This document shows positions 9,015 through 19,082 of a stretch of DNA of 64,000 bases, in pieces. Position 1 is the first letter of the stretch. Each line of letters starts with the position of its first letter. Location: positions 669 to 64,668 of the forward strand of contig CAYLND010000002.1 in the NCBI GenBank assembly GCA_964384905.1. Reading direction: 5' to 3'. The notes under the pieces are model-generated. The model was not told where the DNA came from, searched no databases, and saw nothing but the letters and a program-made list of their open reading frames with translations. The translations under genes and the position numbers were made by a program. The stretch comes from an uncultured Acidobacteriota bacterium. GTDB taxonomy: Bacteria; Acidobacteriota; Polarisedimenticolia; Gp22-AA2.

Positions 9015-9149
9015 CTACGCCGCGCGATACCTTCTCTGCAGCTTCTTGAAGGCAGAGACCAGCCGGGCGTGCCGCTTCCGAGCCTGCACGGCCTGCCGAA
9101 AAGCCTGCCTCATCTTCGCCTGCAGCTTCCTGCGTGTTCTCTTGGTCAT
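9015..9149 (-). CDS. very basic 44-aa protein (MTKRTRRKLQAKMRQAFRQAVQARKRHARLVSAFKKLQRRYRAA), function unknown
   Basis: AGGAGG RBS 6 nt before the second ATG. Highly K/R-rich helical peptide. Divergent from the histidine kinase gene. Whether it is a real gene is uncertain. Confidence 0.3.
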   Translation of the reverse strand: MTKRTRRKLQAKMRQAFRQAVQARKRHARLVSAFKKLQRRYRAA

Positions 9150-9356
9150 CATCCACCTCCTGCCCGGAACATAATTCCCTGTGCAACCGGAGTCCAGCAT
9201 CCGGGCACTCGACGCAGCCGGGTCGTGGTCATGGAGAGTTGCAAAGGGGTCAAGGAGCGGAAAAGAGTCAAATTTCCGACACGGCGGAGAACAGGCTGGC
9301 GCGGGATCACTCGAACCGGTGTCCGTGCTTGACCTCGAAGACGGGTCTCATCGATC

Positions 9357-11162
9357 ATGGGAATCATGCCCGACACGCGCGCCGACCACGACCTGAAGCA
9401 GCGCAACCTGGAGCTGGAGACGCTGCGCGAGCTGTCGGAGCGGATCCAGGACCGGCACGGCGAGGAGGAGATCCTCCAGGCGGCGCTCGATCTGGTGCTG
9501 GACAGGCTGAGGCTGCAGGCCGGATGGATCTTCTGGGGCGAGGCAAGCCGCGGCGCCATGGAGCTGGCGGCGAGCCGCGGACTGGCGGAGGGATTCCTCC
9601 GACAGGCCCGCGAGCGCGGCGTGGGAGACTGTCTCTGCAAGGACGTGTTCGCGACGGGACGGCTGCGGGTGGCGCGCAATACTCTCGAGTGCCCGCGGCT
9701 CCCGGATCTCGTCTGCGGGAGCGCCACGCAGACGCATGCCTGCATCCCGCTGAAGTTCGAGCGCGGCACGCTCGGCGTCCTGAACATCGCCAACCGGCCC
9801 GGCGAGCTGTTCACGCGGCAGGAGCTGCAGTTCCTGGAGACGGTCGGCTACCAGGTCTGCCTCGCGGTCGACAAGGCGCGCTCCAGTCGCATCGAGAACC
9901 GGCGCAACGCCGAGGCGCGCGCCCTGGTCGCCCTGACCCGCGCCATCGGGGGAAGCCTCGATCAGGAGCGCGTCCTCGCCGCCGTCGGCTCGTACGGCCA
10001 AGAGCTGCTCCAGGCGGATCGGTGCGCGATCTTCCTCGGGGACGGGATGACCCCTCCGCGTCTGGCCTACCTTTCGGGTCCGCCGATGGCAGGGCTCGAG
10101 GTCGGCGCCACGGTCGACTTCGCGGCCCTGGGATCCAAGGCGGTTCTCGGGGCGCTGACCTCGCGCCGGACGCTCGTGATCCAGGACGCCAGCAGCGACG
10201 AGCGCGTCAACGCCGACCTGGCGCGTCGCTGGGGGATCCGATCGGGCATCCTGGTCCCGCTCCTGGCGCACGGCCGGATGGAGGGGCTGCTCGCAGCCGA
10301 TCGGGGCCAGGCGTCGACCTGGAGCCGGGAGCAGATCGAGCTCGCGGACGCCCTGGCGGCGCACGCGGCGGTGGCGATCGAGAACGCACGTCTCTATCGC
10401 GAGGCCCGGGAAGCGCTCCTGCAGCTGCGGGCGGCGCAGCACGGGATGCTGCGGGCGGAGCGCCTGGCCGCGGTCGGCACGCTGGCCGCGAGCCTGGCGC
10501 ACGAAGTGCGCAATCCCCTCAACTCGATCGGCCTGCAGCTCGTGCTGTTGTCACGCCGCGTCGCGCGGCTGGGGAGCGCCGCCGATCCGGACATGATCTC
10601 CCTGATCGAGAGAGCGCGCCTGGAGATCGATCGGCTGGATGGTCTGGTCGGAGAGTTCCTCTCGCTCTCGACGATCGACAGGGTCCGACTGGCGGAGCAC
10701 GATGTCCGGACGATCGTGCACGAGATCCTCGGTCTCATGGTCCAGGTCGCCCAGCAGAAAGGAATCGAGCTCGAGGAGCGCGCCGCGCCCGCTCAGGCCC
10801 ACGTGATGGTCGACGAGGAGAAGATCAAGCAGGTCCTCATCAATCTGGTGCGCAACGCGATCGAAGCGACCCCGAAGGGCGGGTCCGTGGTGGTGTCGAC
10901 GCGGGTCTCGAGGGACGCCGTGGTGATCGAAGTCGCGGACACCGGCGTCGGGATCGGCCCTGATCTGGACGTGTTCGACTTCTTCACCACGACCAAACGA
11001 GGCGGCACCGGTCTCGGCCTGCCGATCGCGCGTCGGATCGTCGAGGCCCATGGGGGACGATTGACCTACGAGAGCCGGCCGGGGCAGGGCACGCGGTTCC
11101 ACGTCACGCTCGTGCCGCCCGACGAGGACGGCGCCGGCACCCGCACGGGGGAGCGGCGATGA
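9357..11162 (+). CDS. sensor histidine kinase with tandem GAF domains
   Basis: Two GAF-like regions, HisKA (LAHEVRNPLNSI) and HATPase_c (GTGLGL). Overlaps the response regulator gene by ATGA. Confidence 0.85.
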   Translation: MGIMPDTRADHDLKQRNLELETLRELSERIQDRHGEEEILQAALDLVLDRLRLQAGWIFWGEASRGAMELAASRGLAEGFLRQARERGVGDCLCKDVFATGRLRVARNTLECPRLPDLVCGSATQTHACIPLKFERGTLGVLNIANRPGELFTRQELQFLETVGYQVCLAVDKARSSRIENRRNAEARALVALTRAIGGSLDQERVLAAVGSYGQELLQADRCAIFLGDGMTPPRLAYLSGPPMAGLEVGATVDFAALGSKAVLGALTSRRTLVIQDASSDERVNADLARRWGIRSGILVPLLAHGRMEGLLAADRGQASTWSREQIELADALAAHAAVAIENARLYREAREALLQLRAAQHGMLRAERLAAVGTLAASLAHEVRNPLNSIGLQLVLLSRRVARLGSAADPDMISLIERARLEIDRLDGLVGEFLSLSTIDRVRLAEHDVRTIVHEILGLMVQVAQQKGIELEERAAPAQAHVMVDEEKIKQVLINLVRNAIEATPKGGSVVVSTRVSRDAVVIEVADTGVGIGPDLDVFDFFTTTKRGGTGLGLPIARRIVEAHGGRLTYESRPGQGTRFHVTLVPPDEDGAGTRTGERR

Positions 11163-12556
11163 CGCCGGGCAGAGGGCGCATCCTGATCGCGGACGACGAG
11201 GAGGCGGCGCGGACCACCCTGGGACAGATCCTCAGCGAGGACGGCTACGAAGTCTTCCAGGCCGTCGACGGCGAAGAGGCCCTCCGTCTCGTCGCCGAAC
11301 TGTCACCCGACGTGCTGCTGAGCGACCTCAAGATGCCCCGGCTCGACGGGCACGAGCTTCTCCAGCGCGTGCGCCAGGGTTATCCCGACGTCACGCTCGT
11401 GATCATGACGGCGCACGGAACGATCGACAGCGCCGTCCGGGCGGTCAAGCAGGGGGCCGAGGATTACCTGACCAAGCCGATCGACGTCGAGGAGCTCGAG
11501 CGGATTCTGGTGCGGGTGATGGACAAGCGGCGTCTGGTGGCGGAAACCCGCATCCTGCGCGAGCGCGTGGACGAGAAGTACCGCTTCGAGAACATCATCG
11601 GCCGCAGCCACGGGATGCTGGAGGTGTTCCGTCTGGTCGAGCAGGTCGCCCCGAGCCAGGCCTACATCCTGATCACCGGCGAGACCGGCACCGGCAAGGA
11701 GCTGATCGCGCAGGCGATTCACCAGCGCAGCGCTCGACGCGACGCGCCGTTCGTGAAGGTGGCCTGCGCGGCGCTGCCGGAGACGCTGCTGGAGAGCGAG
11801 CTGTTCGGGCACGAGCGCGGGGCGTTCACGGGGGCGCTGGCGCGGCGGTCCGGGCGGTTCGAGATGGCCGCAGGCGGAACGCTGTTCCTCGATGAGATCG
11901 GCGACATCACGCCCGGCGTGCAGGTCAAGCTGCTGCGCTTCCTGCAGGACCATCAGTTCGAGCGGGTCGGGGGCAACCAGACGCTGACGGTCGATGCGCG
12001 AGTCATCGCGGCGACCCATCGCAATCTCCAGACGCTCGTCCGCGAAGGCAAGTTCCGCGAGGATCTGTTCTACCGCCTCAACGTGATCGAGATCGCGCTG
12101 CCGCCGCTGCGCGCCCGCCCGCACGATCTCCCGCTCCTGGTCGAGTTCTTCCTGCGCCGCTTCGCCGCCGCCAACGGCAAGGAGCCCCTGTCCATCGCCG
12201 ACGACGCCCTCGCCGCTCTCGCCGGCTACGACTGGCCCGGGAACGTCCGAGAGCTCGAGCACGCCATCGAGCGCGCCGTCGTCCTGGCGCGCGGTCCCGC
12301 GATCGACCGGTCGCTGTTCCCCGCGCTCCCCGCGACCACACCGCCGCGCCCCGGCAACGGGCCGATCGTGCCGGGCTCCAGTCTCGAGGAGATCGAGCGC
12401 GACGCCATCCGCAAGACTCTCGAATCGGTCGGTGGCTCCACGTCGCGGGCGGCCGCCATCCTCAAGATCAGTCCGCGGACGATCCAATACAAATTGAAGG
12501 AGTACCGGCGGGGCGGTGCGGTCGACAGGCCGGCCACGACGCGGGGGAGGGAATGA
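11159..12556 (+). CDS. sigma-54-dependent response regulator, NtrC family (REC + AAA+ sigma-54 activator + Fis-type HTH)
   Basis: REC domain (ILIADDEE...D54 region), Walker [15 protein letters not shown] motif, C-terminal HTH. Confidence 0.9.
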   Translation: MTPGRGRILIADDEEAARTTLGQILSEDGYEVFQAVDGEEALRLVAELSPDVLLSDLKMPRLDGHELLQRVRQGYPDVTLVIMTAHGTIDSAVRAVKQGAEDYLTKPIDVEELERILVRVMDKRRLVAETRILRERVDEKYRFENIIGRSHGMLEVFRLVEQVAPSQAYILITGETGTGKELIAQAIHQRSARRDAPFVKVACAALPETLLESELFGHERGAFTGALARRSGRFEMAAGGTLFLDEIGDITPGVQVKLLRFLQDHQFERVGGNQTLTVDARVIAATHRNLQTLVREGKFREDLFYRLNVIEIALPPLRARPHDLPLLVEFFLRRFAAANGKEPLSIADDALAALAGYDWPGNVRELEHAIERAVVLARGPAIDRSLFPALPATTPPRPGNGPIVPGSSLEEIERDAIRKTLESVGGSTSRAAAILKISPRTIQYKLKEYRRGGAVDRPATTRGRE

Positions 12557-12559
12557 GAA

Positions 12560-13717
12560 TCAGAGAGGTCGCTTGACGTCCGTGATCCAGGTCGTGACCG
12601 GCCCCTGGCGTGGATCGGACGCGTCGCGGTACGCGAGTCGGGCCGCGATCGCCCGGGCGCCCTGTGGCACGGACACCGTCAAGCGCTCCACGCGCGACTC
12701 ACCCGGGCGGATGCGGGTATCGGCTCCGACCGAAGCCGATTTCAGGAACATGTCGGAGACCAGCTCCAGCACGCTGCCTCGATCGTCTTTCAGCTCCCTG
12801 CGATAGATCCGCTCCTGGCGGAGCTCCAGCCGGCCGTCCGCGGTCTCGACGCCCACCTCTAGGATCAGGCTCTTGCTGGCCAGACCGCCCGGGATCGAGT
12901 GGCCGGCGGCCGCGTTGGTCACCGAGACGGTCACCGAGGCGGAACCGCTCCCTCGTGCGACCGAGTCGATCGTCAGGTCCAGCCCGCGCGCCAGCTGGCT
13001 CACGGCGCTGCCACCGACCAGCCGATGCAGATTGACGACCCGCAGCCCGCTCCGTGGCGGCGCTCCGGCCGCCCTGGTTCCCGGCACGAGCGCCATGTGA
13101 CAGTCCTGGCACGCGACGCCGCGGGCTGGATAGCCGCTGGCCTTCCACTCGCTGTAGTTCGAGAGTACGGCGACGCCTTGGGCGTTCCTGTACTCGTGGC
13201 AGGCGGCGCACAGGAGCGGGTTGTTGCGGTGCAGAGTCGAGTAGGCGGTCTCGTGCCCCTGCACCCGGCCGCCGGCGTAATCGAAGGGGCCTCGCTTCAC
13301 CGCCCCGGGCCGCGAGACGAACGGCGATCCCTGGGCATCCATCGTGACGTCCGCCACCGTGTGGCAGAAGTCGCAGGTCACTCCTTCGCGGGAGATCGGC
13401 TCCTCCATGCCGACGTCGGAGGTCAGGAGCGTCGTCGGCGCATGGCACCAGACGCACCCCTGGCGCGCGGTGGGGCCGGAGATCCGTGACAGAGATTCGC
13501 GGTAGGCGGCGCTCTCGGCCGAGCGCGCGTGGGCGGAGTCGGACCAGGCCTTGTAGATCACGTCGTGGCAAGCGCCGCACCTCTTCGCCGCAGTGTAAAG
13601 AGGCTCGGACGGTCGGGCGCTTTCGCTCGCGGCCGATCCGGACATGCGCGCGGACGTCAGGAACAGGAGCGTCAGGAGAACGGCGTGCCGGACATTCTCG
13701 CGGCGCATCAGCGGCAC
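12560..13717 (-). CDS. pentaheme c-type cytochrome, secreted
   Basis: Signal peptide plus five CxxCH motifs (CGACH, CVWCH, CDFCH, CAACH, CQDCH). Confidence 0.8.
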   Translation of the reverse strand: MPLMRRENVRHAVLLTLLFLTSARMSGSAASESARPSEPLYTAAKRCGACHDVIYKAWSDSAHARSAESAAYRESLSRISGPTARQGCVWCHAPTTLLTSDVGMEEPISREGVTCDFCHTVADVTMDAQGSPFVSRPGAVKRGPFDYAGGRVQGHETAYSTLHRNNPLLCAACHEYRNAQGVAVLSNYSEWKASGYPARGVACQDCHMALVPGTRAAGAPPRSGLRVVNLHRLVGGSAVSQLARGLDLTIDSVARGSGSASVTVSVTNAAAGHSIPGGLASKSLILEVGVETADGRLELRQERIYRRELKDDRGSVLELVSDMFLKSASVGADTRIRPGESRVERLTVSVPQGARAIAARLAYRDASDPRQGPVTTWITDVKRPL

Positions 13718-13724
13718 GAATCGT

Positions 13725-14258
13725 TCAATGGATCGTGGGCTCGGTGCGATGGGTCAGATCCATCGTCTCGAGACGTTCGAGATAGCCGCGCGCGATCGTT
13801 CCGGCATCCTCCCACTTGCCGTTCAGGACGAGGCGGTTGAGACTCGAGAGCATCACCAGACAACCGCCGAACTCCTGGAACACGCGGCAGAAAAGGCACC
13901 GGGTGCCGATCGATTCGGCGCGTGGATCGAACTTGAGCAGGCTCCGTTGGCGCGGCGCCTGTCCCTTGAGGACCGCGGCGCGAGTGACGTCCGCTTCGTC
14001 GCAGAACTCGTCCATGACGTTGGCGAGGCCGAGCACTCCAGGCTCGTCGCGCGCCTCGATGCGGCTCACGATCTCCCGCCAGCGCGCGATGACATCCGCT
14101 CGGGCCCTGTCCCAGGCGTTCTTACCGTCTTCGGTCACCTCGGGTCTCCTCGGAGGGCCCGGCCCGATCGCCGGGATCCCTTCCCTTTCCACTCCTTTGC
14201 GAAATCCATGCTCAGGGACGCTCTGTCCGGAGACGGCGGTTTCGAAGCCATCGGGCAT
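13725..14258 (-). CDS. hypothetical protein (177 aa) immediately upstream of the pentaheme cytochrome
   Basis: The C-terminal 177 aa of a long minus-strand ORF read as real protein (..CLFCRVFQEFGGC..LVLNGKWEDAGTIARGYLERLETMD). The stop lies 8 nt before the cytochrome start. No RBS recognised. The upstream part of the ORF is antisense to uspA and reads as nonsense. Confidence 0.4.
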   Translation of the reverse strand: MPDGFETAVSGQSVPEHGFRKGVEREGIPAIGPGPPRRPEVTEDGKNAWDRARADVIARWREIVSRIEARDEPGVLGLANVMDEFCDEADVTRAAVLKGQAPRQRSLLKFDPRAESIGTRCLFCRVFQEFGGCLVMLSSLNRLVLNGKWEDAGTIARGYLERLETMDLTHRTEPTIH

Positions 14259-14370
14259 GGGGTCCGGCGTCCGGCCGCAAAGATTTCCGCGCGTTCCCGC
14301 CGCCGGCGCAAGGGTTGCGTCCGCCCGCACGAGCGCGTCTCGATCCACCGGAGGACGGCCGAGTGAGTCA

Positions 14371-14386
14371 TGGCACCCGACTTGCT
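14371..14386 (+). promoter_or_regulatory. sigma-54 promoter, exact TGGCAC-N5-TTGCT consensus
   Basis: TGGCAC at 14371-14376, a 5-nt spacer, TTGCT at 14382-14386. It sits 57 nt upstream of the uspA-like ATG (14443), and the NtrC-type activator is encoded nearby. Confidence 0.55.
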
Positions 14387-14442
14387 TGAACGTCGGCGGG
14401 TCCCGGGAAGCGGGCGTGGCCGGCGCATCGTGGAGGCGGAAC

Positions 14443-14913
14443 ATGAAGCAAAAGCGTACGGGATCGGAACCTCGCTGGATTCTGGTCGGCATGGATTTCT
14501 CGCGGGCCGCCCGGCAGGCGCTGGTCGCGGCGCGCGGAGTGGCGCGGGAGCGCGATGCGACCCTCCTCGTCGTCCATGTGATCGACGGACAGGGTCTGGA
14601 GGAGGTGGCGCGTCTGGCGGAGGTCTCCGAGCGCGTTCTGCGCGAGCGGATCGGGCGCGAGCGGCGCCAGCGCCTGGCCGAAGCGCTGCGCGCGATGGAA
14701 GACGATGCAGACCCGGTTCCGACGGAGTCGATCATCGCCTGGGGTCGTCCGTTCGAGGCGCTCCTGAAGAAGGCGTCAGAGATCTCCGCCTTTCTCATCG
14801 TTCTGGGGACAGCGGGGCACTCGGCCGATCTCGAGAAGGCGCTGTTCGGCAGCACCGCGGAAAAGGTGCTGCGGTCGGCGTCCTGCCCGGTGCTGTGCGT
14901 GCCGGCGGAGTGA
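14443..14913 (+). CDS. universal stress protein (UspA family)
   Basis: GGAGG RBS. UspA-type pattern (LLVVHVID...GRP...LIVLGTAGHS...GSTAEKVLRSASCPVLCVP). Confidence 0.8.
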   Translation: MKQKRTGSEPRWILVGMDFSRAARQALVAARGVARERDATLLVVHVIDGQGLEEVARLAEVSERVLRERIGRERRQRLAEALRAMEDDADPVPTESIIAWGRPFEALLKKASEISAFLIVLGTAGHSADLEKALFGSTAEKVLRSASCPVLCVPAE

Positions 14914-14935
14914 GCGGGTCCGAGGCGATGCTTTC

Positions 14936-15380
14936 CAGGCTGGCCGTTCCGAGGGCTCTGCGATCCGGGCACCTGTGGCTGCGCCAGGGGCTGGCGGGTG
15001 CGATCGATCGGGGCGGGAAGACGGGGGTCGCCGCGCGCCGCGTCGTCGAGCTCCTCGAGCCGCACGTCGCCAGGGAAGAGGAGTTCGCGCTTCCGCCGCT
15101 CTCCCTGCTTCCCGTGCTCGCGCGGGGCGGGACGGTGTCCGACGAGGCGGGCGCCCTGGCGATGACCGACCGCCTCAGGGCCGAGATGAGCCGGATGATC
15201 GGCGAGCACGACGAGATCGCGGTCGCCCTGCACGCGCTCATCGTCGCGGCCCAATCGGAGGGGCACCCCGGGATCGCGGATCTGGCGAAGGAGCTCGTCC
15301 ATTATGCGGAGACGGAAGAAGAGGTCCTGTATCCCGCGGCCCTCCTTGTGGGCGAGCTCCTGAAGTCACGCAGGGCCTGA
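14936..15380 (+). CDS. hemerythrin HHE cation-binding domain protein
   Basis: 148-aa helical protein with a H...HxxxE...H...HxxxE-type arrangement (EPHVAREEE...IGEHDEI...LVHYAETEEE). Confidence 0.65.
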
Positions 15381-15435
15381 GTCGACGGAGGCGCCCGTTC
15401 CGGCCCGATCGCCCGGCCGGGCGCCGAGAGGCAGA

Positions 15436-16809
15436 ATGCGCGACCTGTTCGTTGCGCTGACGCGGAGCACGATCAGTCTCGCGGGCTCGGCGCTCACCAC
15501 GGCGAGCGCCTGCGTCTTCCTGGTGCTCCTGGGGATCGATCTCGCCGGCCGGCTCCACAGCCCCTATCTCGGCATCCTCGCCTATCTGCTGATCCCCGCT
15601 CTCTTCCTCCTGGGACTGGCCCTGATTCCGATCGGCATCGCCTGGGAGCGCCGGCGGGCCCGGGGCGGGCCGGTGTCGTCGCTTCCGATCCTCGATCTCA
15701 ACGTGGCGCGGACCAGGACGATCGTGCTCGGCTTCCTGATCCTGACCGCCGCCAACGTGGTGCTGATCGCCACGGCGACCTACAAGGGGGCCGTGATCAT
15801 GGACAGCACGCGGTTCTGCGGGACGACGTGCCACACGATCATGGCCCCCGAGTACGCCGGCCACGCACGCAGCGCGCACGCGTCGGTGCGCTGCGTCGCG
15901 TGCCACATCGGTCCGGGCGGGACCTGGTTCGTGAGAGCCAAGCTGTCGGGCACGCGGCAGGTGCTGGAAGCGGCGCTCCATCTCTATCCGCGCCCGATCC
16001 CCGCGCCGGTCCAGGTGCTCCGGTCGGCGCGCGAGACCTGCACGGAATGCCACCAGGCGGCCAGGGATCTCGGCGACCGGCGTCGCGCGATCGGCCATCG
16101 CTCCGACGACCGCGGCAGCACGCGGCAGGAAACCGTCCTGCTGATGCACCTCGGTGGGAGGCGAGGGGACCGCGCCGTCGGGATCCACTGGCACGCCGAC
16201 CCGACCATCCGGATCCGCTACCGCTCGGATCCGAAACGCGAGGCGATCGACACGGTCGAGCTGTCGGAGGCGGACGGCCGGGTCACCACCTTCGCCCCGA
16301 AAGGCCGCGAGGTCGAATCCGCGGGCGCCGGCGCGGCGGCAGGTGAATGGCGCGTGATGGATTGCGTCGACTGCCACAACCGCGTGGCACATCCCTCCCG
16401 CTCGCCCGAGCGCGAGGTCGACGAGGCGATGGATCGGGGGCTGATCGACGCCACGCTGCCGTTCATCCGCCGTGAGGCCGTCCGGCTGCTCGGGCAGGCC
16501 GGTGGCGCGCCGGACCAGGCGCGCAGGGATCTCGCCGCGGGCCTGCGGGCGTTCTACGGGACGAGCGATCCGGCGCTGGCGGCGGCACGCAAGGAGGCGA
16601 TCGAGGCGGCCGGCCGAGTCCTCGGAGATCTCTACGACCGGAACGTCTTCCCCGCCATGAAGGTGAGCTGGGGCATCTATCCCGATCATCTCGGTCACGT
16701 CGATTCGCCGGGCTGCTTCCGGTGCCATGACGACAGCCACGTCTCCGCCGACGGCAGGGTGATCTCGCAGGACTGCGACACCTGCCATCGCGAGGAGACT
16801 CCGTCGTGA
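15436..16809 (+). CDS. membrane-anchored hexaheme c-type cytochrome (NapC/NirT-related; CymA/ImcH-like quinol dehydrogenase candidate)
   Basis: N-terminal TM helices, then six CxxCH motifs (CGTTCH, CVACH, CTECH, CVDCH, CFRCH, CDTCH). GAGAGG RBS. Confidence 0.75.
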   Translation: MRDLFVALTRSTISLAGSALTTASACVFLVLLGIDLAGRLHSPYLGILAYLLIPALFLLGLALIPIGIAWERRRARGGPVSSLPILDLNVARTRTIVLGFLILTAANVVLIATATYKGAVIMDSTRFCGTTCHTIMAPEYAGHARSAHASVRCVACHIGPGGTWFVRAKLSGTRQVLEAALHLYPRPIPAPVQVLRSARETCTECHQAARDLGDRRRAIGHRSDDRGSTRQETVLLMHLGGRRGDRAVGIHWHADPTIRIRYRSDPKREAIDTVELSEADGRVTTFAPKGREVESAGAGAAAGEWRVMDCVDCHNRVAHPSRSPEREVDEAMDRGLIDATLPFIRREAVRLLGQAGGAPDQARRDLAAGLRAFYGTSDPALAAARKEAIEAAGRVLGDLYDRNVFPAMKVSWGIYPDHLGHVDSPGCFRCHDDSHVSADGRVISQDCDTCHREETPS

Positions 16810-17933
16810 CCATCGGACGCATCGACTACGAGCGCGCTCCCTTCCTGATCATCTGGGAGACCACCCAGGCGTGCGACCTGGCCTGCCGTCACTGTCGCGC
16901 CTCCGCGCGTCCCTGGCGCGACCCTGCCGAGCTCAGCACCGCGGAGGGGGAGGACCTGCTCGGCCAGGTCGCGGAGCTCGGCACGCCGATCGTCGTCCTG
17001 AGCGGCGGCGATCCCTTGAAGCGCGACGATCTGTTCCGCCTCGTCGAGGTCGGCGCGGCGCTGGGGATCCGGATGGCCGCGATCCCGGCCGCGACGGAGC
17101 GTCTCACCGAGCGGGTGATCGTCGAGTTCGTCCATGCGGGGCTCAGCCAGATGGCGCTGAGCCTCGATTTTCCGAGGGCGGCGCTGCACGATCGCTTCCG
17201 GGGGGCCCCGGGAGCCTTCGAGCGCACGATCCGGGCGGCGGCCTGGGCCCGCTCCCACGCTCTGCCCCTGCAGATCAACACGACGCTCCATGCGGCCTCG
17301 GCTCCGTTCATCGACGAGATGATTGACCTCGTCGGCCGCCTGGGGGCCGTCTTCTGGGAGGTGTTCTTCCTGGTGCCGATCGGTCGCGGCTCGGAGCTGC
17401 AGGGGCTGACGCCGGCGGGGTGCGAGGAGATTTTCGCCGTCCTCTACCGGGCCCAGAAACGCGTTCCGTTCCTGATCAAGGTCACCGAGGCGCCGCACTA
17501 CCGCCGCTTCGTCGCGCTCAAGGAGCGCTCCGGGCGGGGATCCGAGGCGGCGCGACGACCGGTCCGCCGGCTTCCGGCGCAGCTCATCCGGACCGAGGGG
17601 CCGGGCCACTCCATCGGCCTCGCGCCGCGCGGGGTCAACGCCGGGAACGGCTTCCTCTTCGTCTCGCACACGGGCGACATCTACCCGAGCGGGTTCATGC
17701 CGCTCACCGCCGGAAACGTCCGGACCGACCGACTGGCGCGTGTGTACCGCGACTCGGAGCTCTTCCGGCGGCTGCGCCAGCCGGAGCGATTGACCGGCGC
17801 CTGTGGTCTCTGCGCCTTCAACCCGATCTGCGGTGGCTCGCGCTCCCGCGCCCTGGCGCTGACGGGTGATTATCTGGCCAGCGATCCCTGGTGCGGCTTT
17901 CGGACGCGGGTGAACCGGCTCGCGGGCTCGTGA
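16806..17933 (+). CDS. radical SAM/SPASM-domain protein, AhbD/NirJ-like
   Basis: LIIWETTQACDLACRHC (CX3CX2C in the AhbD/NirJ sequence context) plus a C-terminal SPASM-type Cys cluster (CGLCAFNPICGG). GTG start overlaps the cytochrome stop (GTGA). Confidence 0.8.
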   Translation: MTIGRIDYERAPFLIIWETTQACDLACRHCRASARPWRDPAELSTAEGEDLLGQVAELGTPIVVLSGGDPLKRDDLFRLVEVGAALGIRMAAIPAATERLTERVIVEFVHAGLSQMALSLDFPRAALHDRFRGAPGAFERTIRAAAWARSHALPLQINTTLHAASAPFIDEMIDLVGRLGAVFWEVFFLVPIGRGSELQGLTPAGCEEIFAVLYRAQKRVPFLIKVTEAPHYRRFVALKERSGRGSEAARRPVRRLPAQLIRTEGPGHSIGLAPRGVNAGNGFLFVSHTGDIYPSGFMPLTAGNVRTDRLARVYRDSELFRRLRQPERLTGACGLCAFNPICGGSRSRALALTGDYLASDPWCGFRTRVNRLAGS

Positions 17934-18111
17934 TCGAGGTCGAATGTTTCGCGCGTCTCGACGCGCCGCGCATAAATTGCGCCGCGCTTGTGGTCCGGAT
18001 GGCGAAGGGAGCGACGGATTGAGGTCGTCACGCGCAGGGCATGAGGATTGCAGTGGCGAGCGATCGATGAGGGAGCGAATGGACAAGCCCCTATCCTCGA
18101 GAGACCACTCC

Positions 18112-19071
18112 ATGTCGAGAGCACCGATACGCATGATTCTCGGCTTCGCGGCGGTGTCCGTCATCGTGCCGGCAGGGTGCGCCGTCTCGATCGCGTCGGA
18201 GCAGGCGACGCAGCAGGTCACCGAGACGAAGACAAAGACGGCCGCCGGATCGGGGTACGCCGAGCCGGGCGCCTGCGCCGCCTGCCACGAGGCGGAGGCG
18301 GCGGCACTCGCGGCGACCAGGCACGGCAAGACCGGGAAGACCAACTGGGAGGGTGCGGCCGGCTGCGAGGCCTGTCACGGTCCCGGCGCGGCGCACGTGG
18401 AGGCGGGGGGCACGAAGGAGACGATCCGCAATCCGGCGACGCTTCCCGCCACCGAGCTCAGCGCCGTCTGCCTGAGCTGCCACGAGCGCGGCGATCAGTC
18501 GCACTGGAGCGGCAGCGCGCACGAGGGACGCGGTCTTGCGTGCACCTCCTGCCACAGCATCCATCACTCCGCCTCGCCGACGACCAAGCTTCTCCTCAAG
18601 AAGACCGAGTTCGAGACCTGCACGTCATGCCACCTGAAGCGGAAGGCGTCGCTCTATCGCTCCGCCCACATGCCGATGCGGGAGGGTCAGGTCACCTGCA
18701 CCTCCTGTCACAACCCGCACGGCAGCAACGGGCCGTCGATGCTGAAGCAGTTCTCGGTCAACGAGAACTGCTACGCCTGCCACGCGGAGAGACGGGCGCC
18801 GATGCTCTGGGAGCATCCACCGGTCAAGGAGAGCTGCACCAACTGCCACGATCCCCATGGGTCGCTGCACCCGCGACTGCTGATCGCCAAGGTCCCGCGT
18901 CTGTGCCAGCAGTGCCACGACGAGACGCGCCACCCGACGCAGCCGTACTCGGACGCCTCGGTGGCGCCCGAGTTCTTTCCGAACAGCCGGATGTTCGACC
19001 GCGGCTGCGTGAACTGCCACTCGATGATCCACGGCTCGAACCATCCTTCGGGGATGCGATTCCTGAGATAG
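18112..19071 (+). CDS. periplasmic decaheme c-type cytochrome, MtrA/DmsE/PioA family
   Basis: Signal peptide and ten CxxCH motifs in ~320 aa, matching the MtrA-family spacing. The start is ambiguous (ATG 18067, 18079 or 18112). 18112 gives a canonical signal peptide with GAGAG 9 nt upstream. Confidence 0.8.
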   Translation: MSRAPIRMILGFAAVSVIVPAGCAVSIASEQATQQVTETKTKTAAGSGYAEPGACAACHEAEAAALAATRHGKTGKTNWEGAAGCEACHGPGAAHVEAGGTKETIRNPATLPATELSAVCLSCHERGDQSHWSGSAHEGRGLACTSCHSIHHSASPTTKLLLKKTEFETCTSCHLKRKASLYRSAHMPMREGQVTCTSCHNPHGSNGPSMLKQFSVNENCYACHAERRAPMLWEHPPVKESCTNCHDPHGSLHPRLLIAKVPRLCQQCHDETRHPTQPYSDASVAPEFFPNSRMFDRGCVNCHSMIHGSNHPSGMRFLR

Positions 19072-19082
19072 GAGGGACGGTC

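Noticed and set aside
13644-14366. 240-aa plus-strand ORF between the cytochrome and uspA
   Set aside because: It reads as out-of-frame nonsense. The region is better explained by the minus-strand 177-aa gene and the sigma-54 promoter.
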